Source: Squalus acanthias
Lineage: Eukaryota
DNA: 64,000 nt
Assembly: GCA_030390025.1 (NCBI GenBank)
Contig: CM059425.1
Span: forward strand, 178,748,001 to 178,812,000
Reading direction: 5' to 3'
Of the stretch, positions 23,885 through 36,683 are shown piece by piece (position 1 is the stretch's first letter; each line of letters opens with the position of its first letter). A program made the translations under genes and the position numbers. The notes under the pieces are model-generated. The model saw nothing but the letters and a program-made list of their open reading frames with translations, was not told the origin of the DNA and made no database searches.

Positions 23885-26800
23885 GGCAGGAGTTTTCTGG
23901 GGTCCGTGCGGGCGTGATCAGAGGCGGGTCGGGTGGGAAATTTGAAATAAGTTGGAGCGGGTCAGGAAGCCGCCATTATCCCGCCCCCACGCGCCTTTCC
24001 CTTGGGCGCGTTTGTCAGTGTGGCAGTGACCCGACCAGCTTCTACGAGGTGCTGCGACTGCTTAGACACTTTTGGCAGATGTCCTCTGGATTTTGGAGCC
24101 TGTGATGGCTCCGCCAAAGTCTGCTCCTCCTGCGACTGTGCAGGTCAAACTTAAGCCATCGCAAGCTATCTGGGGCTCTGATTGAGGGGGTGGCAACGCG
24201 GGAGAAGTATAAGCACTTTGGGAGGAGCTCACACTCCCCTCTCCCTCTCACCATCATCCCTCTCATGGGCCACACAGAAACATAGAAGATAAGAGCAGGA
24301 GTAGGCCATTCGGCCCCTCAAGCCTGCTCTGCCATTCAATGCGATCATGGCTGATCATCCAAATTCAGTACCCTGTCCCTGCTTTCTCCCCATATCCCTT
24401 GATCCCCTTAGTCTTAAGAAATATATCTAACTCCTTCTTGAATATATTTAATGAATTGGCCTCAACTGCCTTGTGTGGTAGAGAATTCCACAGGTTCACC
24501 ACTCTCTGGGTGAAGAAATTCCTCCTCATCTCAGTCCTAAATGGCTTACCCCTTATCCTTAGACTGTGACCCCTGGTTCTGGACTCCCCCGTCATCGGGA
24601 ACAGCCTTCCTGCATCTAGTCTGTCTACTCCTGTTAGAATTTTATAAGTTTCAATGAGATCCCCTCTCATTCTTCGAAACTCTAGTGAATATAAGCCTAA
24701 TCGACCCAATCTCTCTTCATACGTCATTCCTGCCATCCCAGGTATCAGTCTGGTGAATCTTCGCTGAACTCCCTCCATGGCAAGAACATCCTTCCTCAGA
24801 TAAGGCGACCAAAACTGCACACAATACTCAAGGTGTGGTCTCACCAAGGCCCTGCACAACTGCAGCAAGACATCCTTGCTCCTGTACTCGAATCCTCTCG
24901 CTATGAAGGCCAACATACCATTTGCCTTCTTAACCGCCTGCTGCACCTGCATGCTTACCTTCAGCGACTGGTGCACAAGGACACCCAGGTCTCATTGCAC
25001 TTCCCCTTTTCCCAATCTATTGCCGTTCAGATAATAATCTGCCTTCCTGTTTTTGCCATCAAAGTGGATAACCTCGCATTTATCCACATTATACTGCATC
25101 TGCCATGCATCTGCCCAATCACCCAACCTGTCCAAATCATACTGGAGTTTCTCTGCATCCTCCTCACAGCACACACGCCCACCCAGCTTTGTGTCGTCTG
25201 CAAACTTGGAGATATTACATCTAGTTCCCTCGTCTAGATCATTAATAGATATTGTGAATAACTGGGGTCCTAGCACCAATCCCTGCGGTACCCCACTCGT
25301 CACTGCCTGCCACTCGGAAAAAGACCCGTTTATTCCAACTCTTTGCTTCCTGTCTGCCAACCAGTTTTCTATCCAAGTCAGTACCTTACCCCCAATCCCA
25401 TGTGCTTTAAATTTGCACGCTAATCTCTTATGCGGGACCTTATCGAAAGCCTTCTGAAAGTCCAAATACACCACATCCACTGGTTCTCCCTTATCTATTT
25501 TCCCAGTTACATCCTCAAAAAATTCCAGTAGATTAGTCAAGCATGATTTACCTTTTGTAAATCCATGTTGACTTTGTCCGATCCTGTCACTGTTTTCCAA
25601 GTGCTCTGCTATTACATCTTTTAAAATGGACTCTAGCATTTTCCCCACTACTGATGTCAAGCTTACCGGTCTATAATTCCCCTTTTTTTCTCTACCACCT
25701 TTTTTAAATAGTGGGGTTACATTAGCTACCCTCCAATCCATGGGAACTGTTCCAGAGTCTATAGAATTTTGGAAGATGACCAGCAATGCATCTACTATTT
25801 CTAGGGCCACTTCCTTAAGCACCCTAGGATGTAGATTATCAGGCCCTGGGGATTTATCAGCCTTCAATCCCGTCAATTTCCCTAACACCATTTCCCTACA
25901 AATACTGATTTCATTCAGTTCCTCCCTCTCATTAGACCCTATGTTCCTCGACATCTCTGGGAGTTTATTTGTGTCCTCCTTTGTGAAGACAGAACCAAAG
26001 TATGTATTTAATTGGTCTGCCATTTCTTTGTTCCCCATTATAAGTTCCCCTGATTCTGACTGTGGAGCACCTTGCTGCACATCAGTGGGGCCATGAGGGC
26101 CCACATCTACGCTGACATCCCTCCTAGACAGGGGGTCTATGAGCCTCTGCCATCTATTCTCCATAGAGATCATGTGCTCCTGTGAGTGGCGCATTAGCTG
26201 CTCCATGCAGGTGGCCATCATATGCATGGAAGAGCCTACAGTCACCATCACCTGCAACACAGTGGTGCTCATGTTGGAGATAGAATCCTTCATTCTCTGA
26301 ACATTTGCAGACATCGCGCTCGCAAAACCTGTCAGAACATCCTGCACTTCTTGCTGCACCTCCAGGATTGCCCTCTTTCTGGATGGCCCCCGAGGCTGAG
26401 TGCATGCAGCTGAGCAGAGCTGGGAGCATCCTGTGCCCTCTGTCCCTGTCTCCACCATCTGCTCTTGTTCACTTGTGACTTGTGACAGACCCGGTGATAA
26501 CACTACTCTATCTCGCGTTGGATCCACCGAGGTGTGCATCTCTGCGCTGGTGCTGGGTGCGCTCATGTCTGGTGACGGTGCGCCCTCAGAGGCTGGAGGC
26601 TCCTCTGAGGAGTCGTCTTGCTCTTCCTCCTGGACAGTGGGGGGTGCACTTAATGGACCTGTGGGAGAGTAAAGAGATGAGTTAGATGTGCCATATGAAG
26701 AATGGGTGCACATACCATTATGCACATGATGACCATTCAGTGGCTGCTGACATCAGTCCCCATATGAGTGACTGATGTATGCCATGTGGAGGTATGAGAT

Positions 26801-27776
26801 GTAATTCTGTCACCAGGATGATGAGATATCCCCCTCTCTCCATCTCCCACCTCCAGCTGCTCGGCCACTCCCGAGACTCCGCAGCCTCCTCTGTTGTTAT
26901 GAGGGTCGCAAATGATGGAGTCCCACCTCCAGTTCTCTCCCTCTCCCTCTTATTGGCCGCTCCCATTTTCCTGCAAGGAGGGAAAGAAGAAGGTTGAGTG
27001 AGCGTGATGGAATGAGTGTAAGGAATGGATGGGTTACATCTCAGGAGAGAGACTATGATGGATTGGGGTGGTAATGCCAAGTGGGCTTCTTGCGTGTTGT
27101 TAGTTGGCATGATTGCATTAGGATGAGGATGAGTGTGAGGGTTGGCTAGTCAGATGGGGATGTGATAATGTAGATAGAGAGAGAGGGATGGGTGGACGTG
27201 CAAGGTATGTTGGTGTGAGTAAGGGTGTGGCTTTGTACTCCCCTTTCCAGATCGAATGAGATAATTGAAACATTTGCAGCACTGCACCCAGGTCTACTTG
27301 ACCACATCCCTGCTGTTGACCTCCTCTGCTATTTGGAGCCAGGCTGTTTTTGTCTCCTGGGGAGGTCTCTTCCACCCATTGGAAGGGAAGAGGACCTCCC
27401 TGCATGCACTGACTCCCTCCACAAGCATATGGAGGGAGTCATCGGAGAACCTTGGTGCAGCCCTCTGTGTCTGTGCAGCCATCTCTCCAACTGTTTGGAG
27501 CAATGAATACCTTCAGAGTGCTGCCTGCACACTCCTAGATGAACCTTCAAATGCAAGGTGGCCATGGCTCCTTTAAATATACTGGCTGAAAATGCATCAT
27601 GGATGATGTCATCAGACCCGCACCATTTAATTGGGCCGGGTAACTCACTGGGCGGACTTATTAGGCCCCATTATCGCAAAGTCTTTTTCTGCAGCGGGAT
27701 GGAAGCAGCAACGGGGTCGTGACCCACCACGCTGACCGCTCGCTCCCAACCCATCCAAGTACAAAAAATTCCGGCC
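23885..27776 (-). mobile_element. Harbinger derivative carrying only the Myb/SANT gene; interrupted by CR1
   Basis: TIR GGCAGGAGTTTT ... AAAAATTCCGGCC; TSD TTG (23882-23884, 27777-27779); exon 1 AAPRFSDDSLHMLVEGV...AWLQIAEEV, exon 2 about 26815-26970, exon 3 from about 26658. Confidence 0.85.
24275..26062 (-). mobile_element. CR1 LINE, 5'-truncated, RT nearly intact
   Basis: Continuous RT frame with one TGA at 24992-24994; KSPGPDNLHP, NYRPVSLTS, YLDFQKAFD, FADD; tail TTCTATGTTTCT. Confidence 0.95.
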
Positions 27777-27854
27777 TTGGTGTGGGCTAGATCGGGCTCA
27801 CTTGTGATGTTCCCATCCAATCAGATAGGGTGAAGTCAATGGAAAGGGTGAAGT

Positions 27855-28866
27855 CAGTGGTGTTTCCCCAAGGGTCAGTGCTGGAGCCACTGCTTTTTTT
27901 GATGTACATAAATGACCTGGATATTGGAATACAGAGTAGAATTTCTAAATTTGCCGATGACACCAAACTTGGGAGTGTGGCAAACAGTGAGGATGATACC
28001 AATCGACTGCAACAGGACATAGAAAGGCTAGCAGAATGGGCAGACAAGTGGCAGATGGAATTTAATACAGAGAAGTGTGAGGTGATACATTTTGGCAGAA
28101 GGAACAGGGAGAGGCAATATACACTTAATAGCACAGTTTTCAAGAGTGTACAGGGACACAGGACCTGGGAGTTAATGTGCATAGGTCCCTGAAGGTGGCA
28201 GGACATATTTGAGAGAGTGGTTAGCAAAGCATATGGGATCTTGGGCTTCATAAATAGAGGTATTGAGTACAAAAGTAGAGATGTTATGCTGAACCTTTAT
28301 AAAGTGCTGGTTAGGCCACAACTGGTGTATTGCATCCAGTTCTGGTCACCACACTTTAGGAAGGATGTGAAGGCCCTTGAGAGGGTACAGAGGAGATTTA
28401 CCAGAATGGTTCTGGGGATGGGGAATCTTAGCTACAAGGACAGGTTGGAGAAGCTGGATTTGTTTTCATTAGAGCAAAGGAGGTTGAGGGGTGATTTGAT
28501 AAAGGTGTACAAGATTATGATGGGTTTGGATAGGCTAGACGGGGAAAGGCTGTTCCCACTAGTTGATTGTACAAGAACTAGGGGACACAGATTTAAGGTT
28601 TTGGGCAAGAGATACAGGCGGGATGTGAGGAAAAACTTTTTTATGCAGCAAGTGGTGAGGACCTGGAACTCTCTGCCGACGGAAGTGGTGGAAGCGGAGG
28701 CACTCAATGTTTTCAAGGGGAGACTGGATAGGCACTTGAGGGAAATAAACTTGCAGGGCTATGGGGATAGAGCGGGGGAATGGGACTGACTGGATTGCGC
28801 TACAGAGAGCCGGCCGAATGGCCTCCTACTGTGCCGTTATGACTCTATGGCTCTATGACTCTATGA
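27855..28866 (+). mobile_element. CR1 LINE 3' fragment
   Basis: ORFs 27830-28192 and 28217-28789; tail (CTCTATGA)n; same subfamily as 3491-4496 and 9668-10451. Confidence 0.93.
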
Positions 28867-29771
28867 AAGGAAAATCAGGCGTGACAGAAACAGGTGGCCC
28901 AATCAGCAACTTTCCATTTTGCCTCCCCCCTTCCCCCTTCCCCCCCCCACGAAGTTGAATTTCACCTCCTCACTGTTTAGGCTCATATGTCAAAAATGGG
29001 AGGTATGAGAGTGCTGCTGGTCCCCAAGAAATTGTATCCCTGCAAGGAGTCAGCTCTTTCAACAGAGGATGGGAAGGGAGAAAAAGGGTGAGAATTGGAA
29101 CAGGATCAAATAGATCTTTACTGGCAACAAATCAACTTCAACTCCTACTTTATAACTTTGGTCTTCATTATTGTGTCCAGAAAATATTATTCATTTTATT
29201 AAGAACATCTGCCAGTAAACAACAGATATTCTTAATTTTTGTACATATTGGGGTTTCTAATTCCACAAAACAATTTTAGTGATACAAACGTAATATTTCA
29301 AGGACTACTGCTGGATTAACATTGATCTCTGACATCATGAAACTGTTGTATTGCCTGCAGATACTCTCTGAAGTGATTCATATGATTGATGTACAGGTTG
29401 GAAACTACAGTCAGAGACATTAGTTAACCAAATGCAGACAGAAGGTTGGTGACTATAGCCTAGTAATTACTCTTGCCGATATTAGCAGGTGAATGTTTTG
29501 TATTCCACCCTTTGATATTGTAATGTTGACGCTGGCCCATTTACTTTATATTATTGGATCTCCCACAGTGTTGTTCATGGTAAGTTGGTGCACATGGTCT
29601 CTCTTTGGCTCATCTTTGTCGTCTTACTTTGGGATGGGCAGGTGGTTAGCACTGACCAGGAGGCATCAACAAGTTTGATGACAGGATAGGCAACCTGAGT
29701 CACGAGGCCTCTCAATGGCAATGCAGGGAGGTGTGCAGGCAGCAGGAAAGGCTCGAGGGAATTGCAGGAAG

Positions 29772-31150
29772 TTCTTCTTCTTCTTCTTAGGCAGTCCCTC
29801 GGAACTGAGGATGACTTGCTTCCGCATTAAAAATGAGTTCTCAGGTGACTGATGAGCCCAATGCGGGATCTACAGTCTCTGTCACAGGTGGGGCAGATGG
29901 TGGTTGAAGGGGCGGGTGGGTGGGGTGCTTGGGTTGACGTGCGCTCCTTGCGCTGCTTGCGCTTGGCTTCCGCTTGCTCCCAGCGAAGAGACTGGAGGTA
30001 TTCGGTGCCTTCCCGGATGCTTCTCCTCCACTTTGTGTGGTCTTGGGCCAGGGATTCCCAGGTGTCAGTGGGGATGTTGCACTTTTTCAAGGAGGCTTTG
30101 AGGGTGTCCTTGAAGCGTTTCTTCTGCCCACCTGGGGCTCTCTTGCCATGTCGGAGCTCCGAGTAGAGCGCTTGTTTTGGGAGTCTCATATCGGGCATGC
30201 AGACGATGTGGACCGTCCATCGGAGCTGATCGAGCGTGGTCAAAGCTTCGATGCTGGGGATGTTGGCCTGAGCGAGAACACTGACGTTGGTGCGCCTATC
30301 CTGGTCACGATCTGGACTGGAGGCGACGGAGGTTGAACAGTTTCCCGTTTGTTCTGTAGATTGGCTCCACTCCAGCGGGGAGCTTACTGAGGGTGAGATG
30401 GAGCATTGCAGCCAGGAAGATCGAGAAGAGCATTGGTGCGATGACACAGCCTTGCTTGACCCCGGTCCGTACGTGAATTGGGTCTGTGGTGGAACCGTTG
30501 GTCAGGATCACAGCTTGCATGTCGTTGTGAAGCAGGCGGAGGATGGTGACAAACTTTTGAGGGCAGCCGAATTTGAGGAGGACACTCCATAATCCCTCAC
30601 GGTTGACGGTGTCGAAGGCCTTTGTGAGGTCAAAGAAGGCCATGTACAGCGGTTGGTGCTGTTCCCTGCATTTCTCTTGTAGTTGACATGCGGTGAAGAT
30701 CATGTCCATTGTGCCCCTTAGTGGGCGGAATCCACATTGTGACTCTGGGAGGAGCTCTTCAGCCACTGGGAGAAGGCGATTGAGGAGGATTCTTGCGATG
30801 ACCTTCCCTGTGGCAGACAGCAGGGAGACTCCTCTGTAATTACCGCAATCGGACTTGTCACCTTTCTTGAAGATGGTCACGATTACGGCGTCTCTGAGAT
30901 CCCCTGGCATGCTCTCCTCCTTCCAAATAAGAGAAATTAGTTAATGTATTCGCACCAATAGTGCTTCTCCGTCATGCTTTAGTGCCTCGGCGGGGATTCC
31001 ATCTGCTCCTGAGGCCTTGTTGTTCTTCAGTTGTCGGATGGCCTTTTCAACCTCATGCCGGGCCGGGGTTGTACTGAGGTGGTGGCGGGTAGCATGCTGC
31101 GGGATGGAGTTGAGGACACGCGCGTCGAAGACAGAGTCTCGGTTAAGGAG
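29772..31150 (-). mobile_element. RTE-clade LINE, RT to 3' end, with internal deletion near 30300
   Basis: NYRGVSLLS, QCGFRPLRGT, FFDLTKAFDTV, GVKQGCVIAP; C-terminal C2H2-like motif; (AAG)n tail. Confidence 0.92.
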
Positions 31151-31869
31151 AAGTAATGTGGAGGTGTCAACTGCAAGTAAAAATTAATTATACTTAAATA
31201 AGTTTAAACCGTATAAATTTAAAATAAACTTTAGAAATTTAAAATAACATTTAGCTGCAGGGAAGACAGCAACCCATTTAAGTTAAAAATAAATCTAACA
31301 TTTAATAAAACTTACCTGCAGTGTGTCCTAGAAGGAACTTGGGAGCTGGCACTTACAGGAGCGGCAGTGCCTCCTAGCATTGGGAGGACTAAAAGTCAAG
31401 CACAACAGTAAGTAGAGACACTTTATGTAACATCCAGGCGTGACACCCTGATGTGAAGGAAAAGGGTGACAAGAAAATCATGACACAAGAAGGAAGAGTG
31501 GAAAAAGGAAGTGTGCTCTAGATAGAAAACTTTTAATATATAGATGGGTTAACACCTCCATTAACATAACAGATGAAATTGATATGAATGTCAAATGTTC
31601 GTATTGCAGCATCACTCACAGTAACTTCCAGGTTTATAATTGTAAACCACCAAAGGTTATGACTGACAGGTAATCTGTATCGGGTATTGTAAATACTAGT
31701 AAGTTTTGGCAAAATAACACTAATAAGTTTTTTTCCCCTTCCTCCTTTTTGGCAATCTTTTCCCTCCCCATCTCCTTTTTCTAAAGGTATTGACTCCTCT
31801 GGTTCTTTGCCCACTGCTCATTCTTTATATGTCAGCCCAGAACATGATTGCTGGCAGACTATTTTATCA

Positions 31870-32130
31870 TGAGGGCATCACAGCTGAGGCTCAAGCCCGT
31901 CCTCGCCCTATGCCCAAACATCTGCAATTCCAGGAGTTGCTGGATAGTGATCAGGAGTGAGACCCATGTGCCATTTTCCTCTTACTAACTTAAGGGGGCT
32001 GAGGCCAATTGTAGTGCATTACTGACTCCTTAGTGGATATAAGCTGAATATAAACCAGGAGATTGAACCAGGCACTCTCCTGGTCTGTATGGATAACCAA
32101 CTCATGGCATTAACCAGTTATGCCATTGGA
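31870..32130 (-). mobile_element. Old tRNA-derived SINE
   Basis: Reverse complement of the family at 23672 and 44195 (GGCCAATTGTAG, CCAGGAGATTGAACC B-box-like). Confidence 0.5.
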
Positions 32131-32817
32131 AGAAGTATTGATAGACCTTTAATGATATTGCATGTCAATAATACCTATCTGTGAATGATAGCACTGCAAT
32201 CATATTCCAATTTCACTGTCTCTCATGGGACTCCCAAATATACCACCATATAGTGAGTGCTAACTTCCTCAAGAACTACTTCAAATAGTGATAAGGGAAT
32301 ATATTTGGCAACCTTTGTTCCTGCTGTTGTTGGAGAAAGGTAGAGCCCAATTTATAAAAGAACATGAGCATTACAGTATACTTAAATAGACAATGATTGA
32401 CATGAGACAATTTTACAATATATCTTCATTTACATATTTTTCAAGGCACTATAAAATCTGATGGATAGATTTCATCCTCATGAAGGTTTTTATAACCTGT
32501 GAATCTCAGATTGTGTTTTATAACAATATAAGATAAGAATTAGGAACAGGAGTAGGCCATTCGGCCCCTCGAGCCTGCTCCGTCATTCAATAAGATCATG
32601 GCTGAACTTCTACATCAACTCCACTTTCCCGCCCTATCCCCATATCTCTTGATTCCCTTGGTGCCCAAGAGTCTATCAATCTCAGTCTTGAATATACTCA
32701 GCGATTAAGCATCTGCAGCCCTTTGGAGTAGAGAATTCCAAAGATTCACAACCCTTTGAGTGAAAAAATGTCTCTTCATCTCAGTCCTAAATGGCTGATC
32801 CGTTATCCTGAGACTAT

Positions 32818-33597
32818 GGGCTGGATTTTGAATGACCCATGGAGTCGGGTTTGGAGGCGTGTGGGGGGGTTAAATTTGCGGGGTCGGGGGTCCCGACCCC
32901 ATCCCGACTCCATCCCGCCTCCACGCAATTTTGACAAAATCAGTCGCGGGGTTCCCGACTCCGTCCCGCCTCCAAGAGGCGGGAGAGGCCATTAAAGCCC
33001 TTAACAAGCCCTAAATTGGATTTGTAATGTCATTTTGAAACGTTTTAGCTAGTTTAACCCTTTTCTGATGTGAAGCACGCCTGGTGTGAAACACTCCAGT
33101 GAAACCTGGCGGGAGCACAAGTGGATAGCTGACTATCGGCTGCAGGTCCACTATTACAACGGAGATGTGATGAAGGTAGTAGTAGTATTAGGTCTGAAAG
33201 TCGCCTCTGATGCTGCTGCATTGAATGTCTTCAGAGACTGCCTGGCCTTTGCTGTGAGAGGACGTGGATGCAAAAACAAAACTCTCTCTCTCTCTCACTC
33301 TCTCACTCTCTCACTCTCTCTCTCCCCCCCCCCCCCCCCCGGTCCACTCACATCAAAAGCCAGGCTCCTCTCTCACCAACAGCCAGACAATCTCTGAGAC
33401 CAGTCAGCAATGATGACATCATCAGAGGCGACTTTCAGACTCAAACCACTAATTAGTTCATGGGTTCCCACATGCTGGAACTCAATTGCCCAATTAAGTG
33501 AAAATTGCATCATTCATCCATATTAATCTGGAGTCGGGGGGGAACACGAAATGCGGATAACACAACCCCAACCCGACCCCAAGACAAAATCCAGCCC
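32818..33597. mobile_element. Harbinger-type non-autonomous element
   Basis: Perfect 13-bp TIR GGGCTGGATTTTG ... CAAAATCCAGCCC; inserted in CR1; right TSD not preserved. Confidence 0.85.
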
Positions 33598-36500
33598 AGA
33601 GTCACTAGTTCTACACTCGCCAACAAGGGGAAACAGCTTCTCAGCCTCTTCCCTGTCACGCCCTCTAAGAATTCTAGATATTTCAATTAGATTACCTCTC
33701 ATTTTTCTAAACTCCAGAGAATATAGGCCCATTCTACTCAACAGGACAGCTCTCTCATCCCAGGAACCAATCTAGTGAACCTTCGTTGGCCCCCCCACTA
33801 AGGCAAATATATCCTTCCTTAGGTAAGGATCCCAAAACTGTACACAGTACACCAAAGCCTTTCATAATTGCAGCAAGACTTCTGTACTCTTATAGTCCAA
33901 CCCCCTTGTAATAAAGGCTAACATACCATTTGCCTTCCTAATTGCTTGCTGTACTTGCATGTTCATTTTCTGTGATTCGTGTACAAGGACACCCAAATCC
34001 CTCTGAATCCCAACATTTACCAGTCTCTCACCAGCTAAGAAAATATTCTGCTTTTCCATTCTTCCTACCAAAGTGGATAATTTCACACTTCCCCACATTA
34101 TCCATCTGCCATGGTCTTGCCCAATCACTCAACTGGTCTATATCACTGTGCAGCCTATTTACGTCCCACTCACAGCTTACTTTCCCACCTAACTTTGTAT
34201 CATCAGCAAACTTGGATATATTACACTCAGTCCCCTCATCTAAGTCATTGATATAGATTGTAAATAGCTGAGGCCCAAGCACTGATCCTTGTGGCGCTCC
34301 ACTAGTTACACCCTGCCATCCTGAAAATGACTCTGTTTTCTGTTCATTAACCAATCCTAAATTCATGCTAATATATTACCCCCAATCCCACGAGCCCTAA
34401 TCTTGTGTAACAACCTCTTGTGTGGCACCTTATAGAATGCCTTCTGAAAATACAAATATACTACAGTACATCCACTGGTTCCCCTTTATCAACCCTGTCA
34501 GTTACATCCTCAAAAACTCTAATTTATCAAACATGATTTCCCTTTCATAAAACCATGTTGACTCTGCCTAATCATATTGTGATTCTCCAAGTGCCCTGTT
34601 ACCATGTCCCCAATTAAAGATTCTAGCATTTTCCCTACTACTGATGTCAGGCTAACTGGTCTATAGTTCCCTGTTTTCTTTCTCCCTCCTTTCTTGAACA
34701 GCAGCTTTGCATTTGTTACCTTCCAATCCACGGGGACTGTTCTAGAACTTTGGGAATTTTGGAAGATCAAAACCAATGCATCCACTATCTCTGCAGCCAC
34801 CTCTTTTAAAGCCCTAGAATGTAGGCCACCAGGTTCAGGGAATTTGGCAGCTTTAAGTCCCATTAATTTCTTCAGTACTTTTTCTTTATTAATATTAATT
34901 ACTTTAAGTTCCTCACTCTCATTAGACCCTTAGTTCCCCACTAATTTTGGTATGCTTTTTGTGTCTTCTATTGTGAAGACAGATACAAAATATTTGTTTA
35001 AAGTCTCTGCCATTTCCTTATTCCACAATATAATTTCTCCTGTCTCGCCTCGAAGGGAACAATGCTTACTTTTGCTATTCTCTTCCTTTTTACATACTTG
35101 TAGAAACTCATATAATCTGTTTTTATATTTCTTGCTAGTTTACTCTCTTTTTAACAATTATTTGGTCATCCTTTGCTGTTTTCTAAAGTTCTCCTGATCC
35201 TCAGGCTTACTACTATTCTTTGCAACATTATATGCCTGCTCTTTTAATCTAATACTACCTTAACTTCTCTAGTTAACCATGGTTGTTCCACTTTTTCAGT
35301 GGAGATTTAATTCCTCAAGGAAATGTATATTCGTTAAGAGTTATGAATAATTTCTTTAACTGTTTGCCATTGCTTATCTACCATTATATGTTTTAATCTA
35401 ATTTCTCAATCTACCTTAGCCAACTCGGTCTTCATACCTCCGTAACTGGCTTTGTATAAATTTAAGACCCTAGTTTCACTCTCAAACTTAATATGAAATT
35501 TTATCATATTATGAAAATTCTAAGAACATAGAACATAAGAAACAGGAGCAGGAGTAGGCCAATCGGCCCCTCGAGCCTGCACCACCATTCAATAAGATCA
35601 TAGCTGATCCAATCTTGGCCTCAACACCACTTTCCCGCTCTCTCCCCATACCCCTTGACTCCCTTGTAGTTCAAATGTCTGTCAATCTCTGCCTTGAATA
35701 TATTCAATGACTCCGCTTCCACAGCTCTCCGGGGTAGAGAATTCCAAAGATTCACGACCCTCTGAGAGAAGAAATTCCTCCTCATCTCCGTCTTAAATGG
35801 GCGACCCCTTATTCTGAAACTATGCCCCCTAGTTCTAGATACCCCCACTAGGGGAAACATCCTCTCAGCATCCACCCTATCAATCCCCCTCAGAATCTTA
35901 TATGTTTCAATAAGATCATCTCTCATTCTTCTAAACTCCAATGAGTATAGACCCAACCTGCTCAACCTTTCATCATACGTCAACCCCTTCATCCCAGGAA
36001 TCAACCTAGTGAACCTTCTCTGTACTGCCTCCAATGCAAGTATATCCTTCCTTAAATATGGAGACCAAAGCAGTACTCCAGGTGCGGTCTCACCTGCGCC
36101 CTGTAAAGTTGCTTTAAAACTTCCCTACTTTTATACTCCATACCCCTTGCAATAAAGGCCAACATTTCATTAGCCTCCCTAATTACATGCTGTACCTGCA
36201 TGCTAACTTTTTGTGTTTCATGTACTAGGACCCCCAGATCCCTTTGTACTACAGCATTTTGTAGTCTCACTCCATTTAAATAATAATTTGCTTTTTCAAT
36301 CTTCCTTCCAAAGTGGATAACTTCACATTTTCCCACATTATACTCCATCTGCCAAATTTTTGCCCTCTCACTTAACCTATCTATGTCCCTTTGCAGACTC
36401 TTTGGGCTGGATTTTGTCTTGGGGGCGGGCTGGGGGCGTGTCAGGTGGTCATCGTGTCCGGACCCCACCACCGATGTGAAGCGGGACAAATGAGCGATTT

Positions 36501-36683
36501 TGCCCTAATTGGGCACTTGATTTCCAACGTATGGGAACCCCTGGCCCAATGAATATTTTGATGCTGAAACTCACCTCCGATGACGTCATCTATGCAGCTG
36601 CATTTAAGGCCTGCAAGCAGCCCTGGTTCTTTTTCAGCCTTTCAACTTGAGCATAATACTTCTGAGGGATTCCTGCTGCAACC

